Shown here: piece by piece, positions 23,620 through 33,394 of the stretch
How the letters are laid out: the number at the start of each line of letters is the position of its first letter
Numbering within the stretch: the first letter of the stretch is position 1
NCBI GenBank assembly: GCA_004431415.1
Contig: QPMI01000266.1
Span: forward strand, 15,457-79,456
Reading direction: 5' to 3'
Source of the DNA: Cyanophora paradoxa CCMP329
Taxonomy: Eukaryota; Plantae; Glaucophyta
DNA: 64,000 nucleotides
Translations under genes and position numbers: made by a program
Notes under the pieces: generated by a model
The model's input: only the letters and a program-made list of their open reading frames with translations
Told to the model about the DNA's origin: nothing
Databases searched by the model: none

Positions 23620-23930
23620 AATTGTATTTTTAAGACTCAGCGACTCCCTATTATGGTAGGTATTGTCAATTTACATAATGATTTAATGTTTTTTTTAATT
23701 GTTATCGCTATTTTTGTTATTTGGATGCTGATTAGAACTTTAATGTTATATATTAAATCAAATAATCCTATCGCTAATTATGTGGTGCCTGAAAAAGACT
23801 TAGAACTTGGGCAGCTAGGTTAGGATTATTTGAGGTAGACAACCGCGTTTTACTGTCAGTAATGTAATATATTTGTGCAATTGTACCTGTTGCTGATTTT
23901 ATATATAGTTGGGCAATACTATTATTGTAT
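23620..23930 (+). pseudogene. cox2: Second cox2 pseudogene fragment (copy of ~17000-17305)
   Basis: aagactcagcgactcc...ttacataatgatttaatg... with the same internal deletion junction. Confidence 0.88.
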
Positions 23931-24000
23931 ACAAGAAAATTTTCGAATAATTCAATTTATGTTTTTTAAATAATAATAAATATATATAATTAAAAAAAAA

Positions 24001-25284
24001 ATGAATAAACTAAATATATTACATACAAATTTTTTTAATAATTTAGAATTAAGATTAATTAATTATTTAATATTTTCTCTATATAAACTGTATTTAATTA
24101 ACAAGCAAATACCCCTATTTTTGGTAATATTTAGCTTGCTGAGCCGTTGTTTAAATATTTTAGTAGGTTTGGTGTACTCTTTTTTAAAAAAGATGATGGA
24201 TTTGATAACATATTTGATTATTATTTTTTTAATTGTTTATATTACAATTTATTTGTTGGAAATTTTTAATAGTTATATTAACATTAATTCAACGGTTACA
24301 TTTACTATTGTATATTTAAACAAAATCCAAAGTTATAAAAAAGCAAAACAAATAAAAAAAAAATCAATAAATACAATGAAATTTAAAATTCGCCAAGTTA
24401 ATCATTTTTTTTTTACGAAAAAATTACTTAGTACGCAAAATGGTTCAATATTATCGCCGTTTAGTATATGTTATTCGTTGCAGGACCTAAAAATTAGAAA
24501 ATTTTATTATAATAATGAGACTTTTTTTAAAAATATAGATATTAAAAACTGTGTTCAGTTTTTGCAATGTATAGACAAATATTTTGAGGCTTTACTAGTT
24601 TCTGGTTTGTCCCCATGTGTAATAAATGAATATGGGAAGAAAGGCGCAGAGACCCGTTTTCCTGGAATTTTTTATTATCGATATTTAAAACATATAAAAT
24701 CAGAATATAATGATATAACACTATTTTTTGATATAATAAGAAAATTTCCAGATACAGATCCTACTCAACTATTTTTTTTACAAGATAATTTCGACTGGTG
24801 TAACTCAATAATATCTATGTCTCAATTTAAAAAAAAAAAAACTTTAGAAGAAGAGATTTCTAAGGAAAACAACTTTTATTATACAAAATATTTTTATAAT
24901 AACGATAGAGATAAAGTTTCATTTTTAGATATGTATAATTTCTATAGGCCGCGCTTGGTAAATCACGGCATTCATAATTTTGGTGAGTTTCAAATTATTT
25001 TATATAATATTTTTGATTTATGTTTAAAAAATAATATAGAAATTGATGATTTTCTTTATTATTGTAAATATTTACCTTTAGCTAATATTACCTTAAAGGA
25101 GTGTGATGATATAATTTCGGATAAAAAAGGATTAATTACAATTATGATTTTATTTTCAGGTGATTTAAAATTAATATTAAACGGTTTTAGTAATGAATTT
25201 AAAAATAAATTATTGTTAGATTTTAGTAAAGAAAACAGCAGGATTTTACCAAAATTTGATTTAAAAAAAGATAAAAATGAATAA
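24001..25284 (+). CDS. Orphan orf427 (cob-derived N-terminus shared with orf533/544)
   Basis: First 80 aa nearly identical to orf533, then divergent, with a homologous C-terminal block. Confidence 0.78.
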   Translation: MNKLNILHTNFFNNLELRLINYLIFSLYKLYLINKQIPLFLVIFSLLSRCLNILVGLVYSFLKKMMDLITYLIIIFLIVYITIYLLEIFNSYININSTVTFTIVYLNKIQSYKKAKQIKKKSINTMKFKIRQVNHFFFTKKLLSTQNGSILSPFSICYSLQDLKIRKFYYNNETFFKNIDIKNCVQFLQCIDKYFEALLVSGLSPCVINEYGKKGAETRFPGIFYYRYLKHIKSEYNDITLFFDIIRKFPDTDPTQLFFLQDNFDWCNSIISMSQFKKKKTLEEEISKENNFYYTKYFYNNDRDKVSFLDMYNFYRPRLVNHGIHNFGEFQIILYNIFDLCLKNNIEIDDFLYYCKYLPLANITLKECDDIISDKKGLITIMILFSGDLKLILNGFSNEFKNKLLLDFSKENSRILPKFDLKKDKNE

Positions 25285-26911
25285 TTTTTATAATACGTTA
25301 ACGATAATTTTACAACACTTTCTTGTTATTTCAATAATATGGCCTGCGGCGTTAATTATAATGTTAAAAGTTCAACGCTTATCTAAGAAGTTGTATTTTC
25401 CGGTTAATTTGTTATTTATAAAATTTAAAAAAATATTAATTATGAAAATAAATGATAATAAATATATATATAATAAAAAAAAAATGAATAAACTAAATAT
25501 ATTACATACAAATTTTTTTAATAATTCAGAATTAAGATTAATTAATTATTTAATATTTTCTCTATATAAACTGTATTTAATTAACAAGCAAATACCCCTA
25601 TTTTTGGTAATATTTAGCTTGCTGAGCCGTTGTTTAAATATTTTAGTAGGTTTGGTGGACTCTTTTTTAAAAAAGATGATGGATTTGATAACATATTTGA
25701 TTATTATTTTTTTAATTGTTTATATACTTACCAATTATTTACATATTCATGATTGTATTGATTTTATTTTTATGAATATGATAATTAGGCTACAATTTAT
25801 AATATCGGGAAATTCTATAAAAAATTATAAATTAACAAAGTCGTCTATAAAATTTTTGGATAAATCAAAATCAGTAATCATAAGTCATAATCAAAAAGTT
25901 TCAACACATAAATTTAAATTGTCAAAACATTTTTTTCATTCAACCCCTTTAATATTATTCCCACCACGTCTTACAACTAGTTCTAGTTCAAAAATCTCTA
26001 GTCTAGTTTCAAAACAACCTGTAGCCATTCATTTTCGAAATGGTGATAAAAATCTAATAGAACTACAAAAAAAACAACTAAAGGTTATATTATCATTAAA
26101 AAATCCGGGAAATTTAGTAATAGAAAAGGGTGGGTTAGTTTCTTTTCAGCATATTGAAGAAAATATCTCAATTAAAACTTTATTTAAAAGTAATCAATGT
26201 CTTTTTAATAAATTAAATATACAAGATGATACACAACTTATTAAATTTCTACAAACCTTTTTGTCTCACTTAGAACATATTGACCCACAAGACTATAAGA
26301 AAATGGTGTTATTAGGGGTTTCAAGTATGTATGATTCTAATTTTTACGATCTTTTGCTTAAAGATCGAAAAAATTTACTCTTAACATTCCTTATTTTAAA
26401 AAAACATGCGAATTCAAATCTAGATCCACTTCTTAAATTACTTAAGGACGCAGAGCGTGCTAATCCTCTTGCAAAGAAACTTATGGTCTTTGCGAAGGAG
26501 GGATGGTTAAAATTAAAATTTTTAAATTCAGAAAAAACACTGTGTTCAAATTTTCAAGATACTATATTATTATCTCAAATATATAACCAAGCTCAACCCA
26601 TTTTAAAGAAATATAATATTCAAAATTTTGATCAATTTAAAGATATTTTAAGATCAGTTTTTTCGATTTGTACAAAAAACAATATTGGATTAGACGATTT
26701 TATAAAATATGGTAAATCAATATTTATATTAAATAAGTCTATAGGATTATCTATAGAAGCAATAGTGCAAGATTCAACAGGATTAGATACATTGACAAAT
26801 ACGGTATATTCACATAAGCTTATATGTCCAACTTTTAAGCCAGAAATAATGTTTCAATATATAAATATGATAAATTCAACAAAGCCAAAAAATTCCACAA
26901 ATGAAAAATAA
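25277..26911 (+). CDS. Orphan orf544, duplicate of orf533 with premature TAA
   Basis: Near-identical to orf533 from residue 70; CAA CAA changed to TAA, downstream frame still conserved to 27067. Confidence 0.75.
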   Translation: MNNFYNTLTIILQHFLVISIIWPAALIIMLKVQRLSKKLYFPVNLLFIKFKKILIMKINDNKYIYNKKKMNKLNILHTNFFNNSELRLINYLIFSLYKLYLINKQIPLFLVIFSLLSRCLNILVGLVDSFLKKMMDLITYLIIIFLIVYILTNYLHIHDCIDFIFMNMIIRLQFIISGNSIKNYKLTKSSIKFLDKSKSVIISHNQKVSTHKFKLSKHFFHSTPLILFPPRLTTSSSSKISSLVSKQPVAIHFRNGDKNLIELQKKQLKVILSLKNPGNLVIEKGGLVSFQHIEENISIKTLFKSNQCLFNKLNIQDDTQLIKFLQTFLSHLEHIDPQDYKKMVLLGVSSMYDSNFYDLLLKDRKNLLLTFLILKKHANSNLDPLLKLLKDAERANPLAKKLMVFAKEGWLKLKFLNSEKTLCSNFQDTILLSQIYNQAQPILKKYNIQNFDQFKDILRSVFSICTKNNIGLDDFIKYGKSIFILNKSIGLSIEAIVQDSTGLDTLTNTVYSHKLICPTFKPEIMFQYINMINSTKPKNSTNEK

Positions 26912-27090
26912 GCTATGTGGGATAAAAAACAAACTATGGCTCAAAAAGATACTGATTTCTTAACCAAAACTCTAGATTATATAAAAAAATCAAAAATGAT
27001 ACTTGCAGAAGTTCCACCTCCTATTAAAGCCGCTGCTTCTTATTATATAATGAAAAAGTTTTGGTAAATTACTAACATAATATATAAATA

Positions 27091-27290
27091 ATTTTATGCT
27101 ATATTAAGATCGATTCCAGATAAATTAGATGGTGTAATTGCCCTGTTCTCCGTAACTATTGTATTACTTTTACTTCCATATTTATATCCCGGAAATTGCA
27201 TAATTCAATCTTTAGACAATTTTATAGAAAAGTTTTTTGGATTTTTTTTAATTTATTTACCTAATTAATGGGATAATCGAAAATTACCTA
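27091..27290 (+). pseudogene. cob: cob 3' fragment, copy B
   Basis: Same [12 protein letters not shown] fragment as at 19003. Confidence 0.86.
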
Positions 27291-27576
27291 TTCAAGAATT
27301 GTTGTGCAATAAATGATTATAGTTAATCAAAAAAATATATTAAATAAATAGTACTGGCGACTAATGCTTTATATTTTAACTATATTATTAATATTGTTTT
27401 TAATAAATTCAATTTAAAAAAAAGCATACCAAATAAAATTCTCTAAAAACATAATTCTTATTACTAACATATTGCGGTTTATTTATTTATTTGTTATACA
27501 TTACATCACAAAAAAACTCATTTTTTTTTATTAATAAATATTAAAATATTTTGTAAGTTTAAAAAATTTATTTTTA

Positions 27577-28173
27577 ATGAAAATTAAATTACAAATGGAA
27601 TTACAAAAATTTTCCCTAAAACATTTTTCTCAATTAATTACAAAAATTATCCCAAGATTAATAAAAGATGTCTTTATTATAAATAATGAGCTTATTTTAA
27701 TTGTAGAAAATAATAATTTAAATAGTACTCTTTTTTTTTTGAAATATCACACATATACCCAATACAAAGTACTTTGTGATATAACCGCAGTAGATTTTCT
27801 AGATCGTATCGAACGTTTTGAAGTAGTTTATCAATTTCTAAGTGTTTCTTATGCATCAAGATTAAGAATTAAAGTAAATTTAAAAGAAACTGAACTAATA
27901 AACTCAATATCAACGTTGTATCCTTGTGCTAATTGGTATGAACGTGAAATTTGGGATTTATTTGGTATTTTTTTTATGAATCATCCAGACTTAAGAAGAA
28001 TTTTAACAGATTATGGTTTTGAGGGGCATCCCTTAAAAAAAGATTTTCCTCTTAGTGGATATTTAGAGGTGCGTTATGATGATATCGTAAAACAAGTAAT
28101 TTGTGAGCCTGTTGATATAACTCAAGAGTTTAGAAATTTCAATTTTTCCAGTCCTTGGGAAATAACACAATAA
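27577..28173 (+). CDS. nad9: NADH dehydrogenase subunit 9, copy B
   Basis: Intact 198 aa with Nad9 motifs. Confidence 0.96.
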   Translation: MKIKLQMELQKFSLKHFSQLITKIIPRLIKDVFIINNELILIVENNNLNSTLFFLKYHTYTQYKVLCDITAVDFLDRIERFEVVYQFLSVSYASRLRIKVNLKETELINSISTLYPCANWYEREIWDLFGIFFMNHPDLRRILTDYGFEGHPLKKDFPLSGYLEVRYDDIVKQVICEPVDITQEFRNFNFSSPWEITQ

Positions 28174-28217
28174 AATTTTTTTATTATTAATTAAATAATT
28201 TAACAAATAAACTAAAT

Positions 28218-29053
28218 ATGCATCGTCATACTTGTCATTTGGTAAATCCAAGCCCATGGCCAATAACAACCGCATTTTCTGCGTTTATTATGCTTATAGG
28301 AGGAGTACTATATATGCATTGTTTTGCTAAGGGTGATTTTTTTTTAATATTAGGTTTAGTTTCATTATGTATAAGCATGGGTTTATGGTGGCGAGATGTT
28401 GTCCGTGAATCAACTTTTGAAGGGCACCATATTAAAGCAGTAAAAACCGGTCTACGTTATGGTATGCTCTTATTCATACTGTCCGAAGTTATGTTTTTTT
28501 TTCTTTTTTCTGGGCATTCTTCTATTCTAGTTTAAGCCCTATTATAGAAATCGGATCAGTATGGCCACCAGAAAATATTAAAAACCTAGTATTTGATTCT
28601 ACTCGTATTCCATTGTTGAATACTCTAATCTTATTGTTGTCTGGTGCTACATTAACCTGGTCACATCATGCAATTCTATCCTCAAATAGAGGTAACGCTA
28701 TATTTTCTTTATTCTTAACTTTAATACTTGCTTGTTTATTCACATCAATACAGGTATATGAATACATGAGCGCACAATTTTCAATATCTGACAGTATTTA
28801 TGGTTTTACTTTCTATTTAGCAACAGGATTTCATGGTTTTCATGTAATTATTGGGAGTTTATTCCTGACGGTTTGTTTTTATCGTTTAGTAAGAAACCAT
28901 TTTACTAAAAGAAGCCATATAGGTTTTGAAACAGCAGCTTGGTATTGGCATTTCGTTGATGTTGTATGGTTATTTTTATATATTAGTATATATTGCTGGG
29001 GTGGTATTCCAAGTCTAGAATTAGAGATTAGTAATTTTATTTGTGTGAAATAA
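28218..29053 (+). pseudogene. cox3: cox3 copy B, probably degenerating
   Basis: Poly-T frameshift near 28500 plus amino-acid changes versus copy A (Y6C, HHTK>HHIK, FFHSS>FFYSS, YGSTF>YGFTF, PEL>LEL). Confidence 0.7.
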
Positions 29054-29094
29054 TAAATATTTCCAATTTATTAATATTTTATTTCTAAATAATA

Positions 29095-29168
29095 ACATTC
29101 CTAGCTCAAACGGATAGAGCATTAGCCTTCTAAGCTACTAGTTAAAGGTTCAAGTCGTTTGGAATGTG
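29095..29168 (+). tRNA. trnR: tRNA-Arg(UCU), copy B with T-stem mismatch
   Basis: As copy A but CCTTT changed to CGTTT. Confidence 0.8.
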
Positions 29169-29463
29169 AATTTGGTCAATTACTATTTTTTCTATACTAA
29201 ACTTTCAATTGATTTGTATTTAAACCATTGTGTACATTAACCGTTAATATTATCAAAATATGTAAATTATATAATAAATTATAAAAATGACTATAATTAC
29301 CACAAAAAAAAATATTGTTAAATTCATAATTTTTGTATTTCATAGGTAATAAAGTTTTTAATGTTATTAATTAAATTTAATAGAAAACAAGTGTTTTTAC
29401 ATACTGTGGTAACAACAATTTTCATTTTATTAAAATTTAAATTTAATAACATAAAATTATACC

Positions 29464-29535
29464 CGCAAGATAGAGTAGTGGACCACTCATTGGGCTCATA
29501 ATCCAACCACGGTTGTTCGATTCAACCTCTTGCAC
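29464..29535 (+). tRNA. trnfM: Initiator tRNA-fMet(CAU), copy B
   Basis: Identical to copy A. Confidence 0.88.
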
Positions 29536-29635
29536 TAGTATAAAAACATATTATTTTATACCTAAAAAGATAAATTTATGTAAATTATACATATTTTTTA
29601 CTACACCATAAGAATGTAATTTAAAAAATAAATTA

Positions 29636-30102
29636 GGAAATGAGTTTGATCCTGGCTCTGAATGAACGCTGGTAGTATGCTTAACACATGCAAGTTGAAT
29701 GCGTAAAAACGCATGGCGTACGGGTGAGTAACATACAAGAATGTGCCTTTCAGTTTGCGATAAACTTTTATCAAGTGAATAGCAAATAAATTTTAAAGAA
29801 ATGAAAGACAATTATGTCGTTGAAAGAAAAGCTTGTATAAGATTAGATAGTTGGTGGGGTAATGGCTAACCAAGTCTATAATCTTTAGTTGGTCTTTGCG
29901 GATGATCAGCCACACCGGGACTGAAAAAGGCCCAGACTTCAAATTGAAGGCAGCAGTGAGGAATATTGGACAATGAGCGAAAGCTTGATCCAGCAATACT
30001 ACGTGAGTGATATAAGCGATGTCTTGGGAAAGTTTAATTGATTGTAAAACTCTTTAATTGGTGAGCATAATGAGAGTAGCCAATCAAAAAGCCCTGGCCA
30101 AT

Positions 30103-30139
<37 letters not shown>

Positions 30140-30522
30140 TGTTATTCATCATGATTGGGCGTAAAGGGCATGTAGGCAGTTTATTAATTTTAGTTGAAAT
30201 TTTTTCTATAAGGAAAAAAAGACTATTATGGTTTTTGAACTTGAGTTTTTATATAGGATATTAGTATTTTTCAAGGAGCGATAAAATGCGTTGATATGAA
30301 AAGGAATACCAAACGGTGAAGACATTTATCTGGGTAAAAACTGACGCTAAGGTGCGAAAGCGTGGGGAGCAAATAGGATTAGAGACCCTGGTAGTCCACG
30401 CTGTAAACGATGAGTATTCATTTTTGGTTAATTAATAATCAGAAGTTTAGCTAACGCGTTAAATACTCCGCCTGAGAAGTACGTTCGCAAGAATGAAATT
30501 CAAAGGAATTGACGGGAGCTTA

Positions 30523-30554
<32 letters not shown>

Positions 30555-31067
30555 AATACACGAAAAACCTTACCAGTTCTTGAATAAAAATAACATAATT
30601 TTAATTAATTATTTTTAAAATTTTTACAGGTGCTGCATGGCTGTCGTCAGCCCGTGCCGTGAGGTGTTAGATTAACTTCTTAACAAACGGGCGCAACCCT
30701 TATTTTTTGTTGCAACAATGATTAGTTGGTACTCAAAAGAAACTGCCTTTAAAAAAAAGGAGGAAGGTGAGGATGACGTCAAGCCTTTATGGCCCTTATG
30801 AACTGGGCTACACACGTGCTACAATGATTATTACAAAAAGTTGCAATAGTGACAACTGGAGCTAATCTTAAAAAATAATCGTAGTTCGGATTGTTTTCTG
30901 CAACTTGAAAACATGAAGTTGGAATCGCTAGTAATCGCAAATCAGCATGTTGCGGTGAATAAGTACCTAAGCTTTGTACACACCGCCCGTCACACGCCGA
31001 AAATCTGTCTTTCTCGAAGCTCTTTATTTGGGAAAATAAGGATCTAAAGAGGGGTGGGTAATTGGGG

Positions 31068-31101
<34 letters not shown>

Positions 31102-31112
31102 TGGCTGGATAA
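29636..31112 (+). rRNA. rns: Small subunit rRNA (ends approximate)
   Basis: All universal motifs from GAGTTTGATCCTGGCTC to AAGTCGTAACAAGGTAGCCGTAGGGGAACCTGTGGCTGGAT; no anti-Shine-Dalgarno tail. Confidence 0.98.
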
Positions 31113-31211
31113 AAAGATGAAAAAAAATTTGGGTTTAGTTACATTAAATCAGTTTTATGGTGTAGTACGGTAGTTATGTATATAACTACCGAAAACAAAA
31201 TAAAAAAATAA

Positions 31212-32819
31212 ATGATGCAGAATATATTAAACAGTTTATCACAAAAATTCGTCAGAATTGCTTCTGATGTACTTTTCACAATTATTGTGGAATTTAAATG
31301 GTGCTGGGAAACCAACCCATTATTTTTAGTTTTTATTATATACATATTATTTCACTTACTAATTTTTTTACTTTATTATTTATACCCTAAGCTTAAACGT
31401 GTATTTATTCGATTATTTCGTATGGTTAAATTGTTCATAAAAAAATTGATTTTTTTCTATCGTAAAGTAAAGTTTTATTATAATAGGGCAAAATTCTACT
31501 CAAAAAAAAAAAATCGTGCAATTTTAAAAAGGGATGCAAGAAATTTTTATGATCGAAAATCGGAACAATTTTTAGATTGGTTACCAGGATTCCTCTATAA
31601 AGTATATATAGTATGTTCAATTATTGTGGAAATTATTATATTTATATATCTTGTAATGTTACCTTATGGGTGTTATTATTGTGGGCAAGTATTTTTTGAA
31701 GAGTGGGCAAAGCTTTCCGTTTATACAATGCAAATGATTTATCCTTGGCCATTTTTTAAAAAAACCTGGGAATTTATTATTTGGTTTTTAGTAGAGGGAG
31801 CTTGGGGTTATATCTATGAATTAACCATCGAGTCCTCTGCCGAAAAATATGAATGGGTTGCTGTTGTATATGACAAAATGCGTAAAAAAATTATTAGCTG
31901 GTCATTAAGTATAAGCGCTAATAAAATTTGGTTTTGTCAGGTGTTTTATCCGGCATGGAAATCCGTTATCGACTTTACCATAGGTTTCTTATATATATCC
32001 TTTTATGTTTGGTTTATGCAAAAGGATTATTTAAAAACAGGAACCGGGCTTAAAAAAAAGTTTATAGTATGGATAGATTACCTTCTTGAAATAGGAGCCC
32101 AAAAATCTGTAAGAGTTTCCCAAAGATACGTAATTTTACCTCACTTTCTTCCAAAACTATGCTATTTTATGTATTTCCCTTATATGTTCTTCTACTTCTT
32201 CGAAACTTTTTCGGAAGGGCTTAAAACTTTTAAGGGTACGCCTTATGTGTATATTCCTTGCGAACATATACCACAGGTAAATTTTTATGTAGCATTTTTC
32301 TTTCAACTTTTGGAATTTACTATAGACTATTTATTTTTTTGCATATGGTGGTTTTATTTATTTTCAGAAGTTGATAATTGTCAGAAACTTAGTAAAACTT
32401 GGTCCCCGAAATACCCACATAGAAAAGCGATTGAGAAAATTTGGATGAATCCTCTAATTGCTGTAATGTGGAATCCAGAGGATGAACGTATCTGGGGTAC
32501 TTACAGATGGCCTGTACATCGACGTGCTCTAAAAGTTTTTATTGATATAAGACAGGTTGCAAAACAAATGATTAATGGGAAACGCCCACTGTCCCTAATG
32601 ATATATGTAAAGCTTTTTTATAGCTTTATACGTATATTTGATTTATCGCCCCTTTACCGTATTTTAAAAAAAAAAAAAAAATCAAAAATTGAACAAAAAC
32701 AGCTATCAATTAAATTAAATGATAGTGCAAAAAAACGAAAGAATAAATACACAAGAAAGCAAAAAAGGTTATATAGTAAAAAACACAAAAAATTACGTAA
32801 TACAACCCCATTTTCGTAA
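31212..32819 (+). CDS. Orphan orf535, Trp-rich multi-pass membrane protein with basic C-terminal tail
   Basis: 535 open codons between rns and rnl; no family recognised. Confidence 0.8.
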   Translation: MMQNILNSLSQKFVRIASDVLFTIIVEFKWCWETNPLFLVFIIYILFHLLIFLLYYLYPKLKRVFIRLFRMVKLFIKKLIFFYRKVKFYYNRAKFYSKKKNRAILKRDARNFYDRKSEQFLDWLPGFLYKVYIVCSIIVEIIIFIYLVMLPYGCYYCGQVFFEEWAKLSVYTMQMIYPWPFFKKTWEFIIWFLVEGAWGYIYELTIESSAEKYEWVAVVYDKMRKKIISWSLSISANKIWFCQVFYPAWKSVIDFTIGFLYISFYVWFMQKDYLKTGTGLKKKFIVWIDYLLEIGAQKSVRVSQRYVILPHFLPKLCYFMYFPYMFFYFFETFSEGLKTFKGTPYVYIPCEHIPQVNFYVAFFFQLLEFTIDYLFFCIWWFYLFSEVDNCQKLSKTWSPKYPHRKAIEKIWMNPLIAVMWNPEDERIWGTYRWPVHRRALKVFIDIRQVAKQMINGKRPLSLMIYVKLFYSFIRIFDLSPLYRILKKKKKSKIEQKQLSIKLNDSAKKRKNKYTRKQKRLYSKKHKKLRNTTPFS

Positions 32820-33157
32820 AAGTGCAACGCCGTTTTTAATCTAAAGCGCAAGCTTACATATATTATTATTTATAAATAATATCTATTTACAAACTATTGT
32901 ATTATTTGATAAAGCTTTACAAGCAAACCAGTTTTATATACTTATTAAAATTTTTTTATTTATAATTTCAACAGTAATTTATAGTAATTATTTTTTCTTC
33001 TCTTAATTATGTATGCAACAACAAATTAATTTATATTAATAACTTTTATAACTATATCGTATCATAAGTAAAATAATTTTATTATATTAATTCAAACAAA
33101 ATAAATTCCAAAAAATATTAAATAAATGTATCCAAAATAAAGCTAATCTTCAGATAT

Positions 33158-33367
33158 GTGAGAGGAGGTTAGCATATTGATTAATGCACCCGGTATGTAT
33201 TTACCGGAAGAAGTGACCATACAATGCGTACGGTGGTGTTTTTTCGTAGTTCCGTACGGTGCCTACGTGTGCCCGGATTGGTTTGATTCCCGCACCTCCA
33301 CCCCACGCGCTCTAGGTGTATATCTGGGGAGATGCGGACTTCTTGGTCAGGTGTGAACCAGGGGGTT
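33158..33367 (+). ncRNA. GC-rich structured element, tRNA-like or tmRNA-like (unassigned)
   Basis: About 52% GC; GGAGGT/ACCTCC closing helix, TA-GCAT..ATGC D-arm, CCGGTA/TACCGG hairpin, T-loop-like GGTTTGATTCC, ends ACCTCCACC. Confidence 0.5.
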
Positions 33368-33394
33368 ATTAAATATTTTTTGAATTTTTTAAAT

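Larger units (their letters stand above)
25455..30621 (+). repeat. Direct repeat copy B (~5.2 kb)
   Basis: Matches 17350-22545. Confidence 0.93.

Noticed and set aside
26909-26911. U-to-C editing to rescue in-frame stops in orphan ORFs (TAA here, TGA at 38858, TAG at 42067)
   Set aside because: Every stop codon starts with T, C-to-T is a very common mutation, and no core gene needs such editing; pseudogenisation is simpler
32815-32860. AAAGTGCAAC...GCAAG resembling RNase P RNA internal motifs
   Set aside because: No GAGGAAAGTCC / ACAnAAnnnnGCTTA P4 pairing found nearby; rnpB cannot be supported
33157-33262. Group II intron domain V/VI-like words (CGTACGGTGGTGT, TGTGAGAGG)
   Set aside because: They are in the wrong order, lack the 5' catalytic-triad strand of domain V, and have no host exon or maturase
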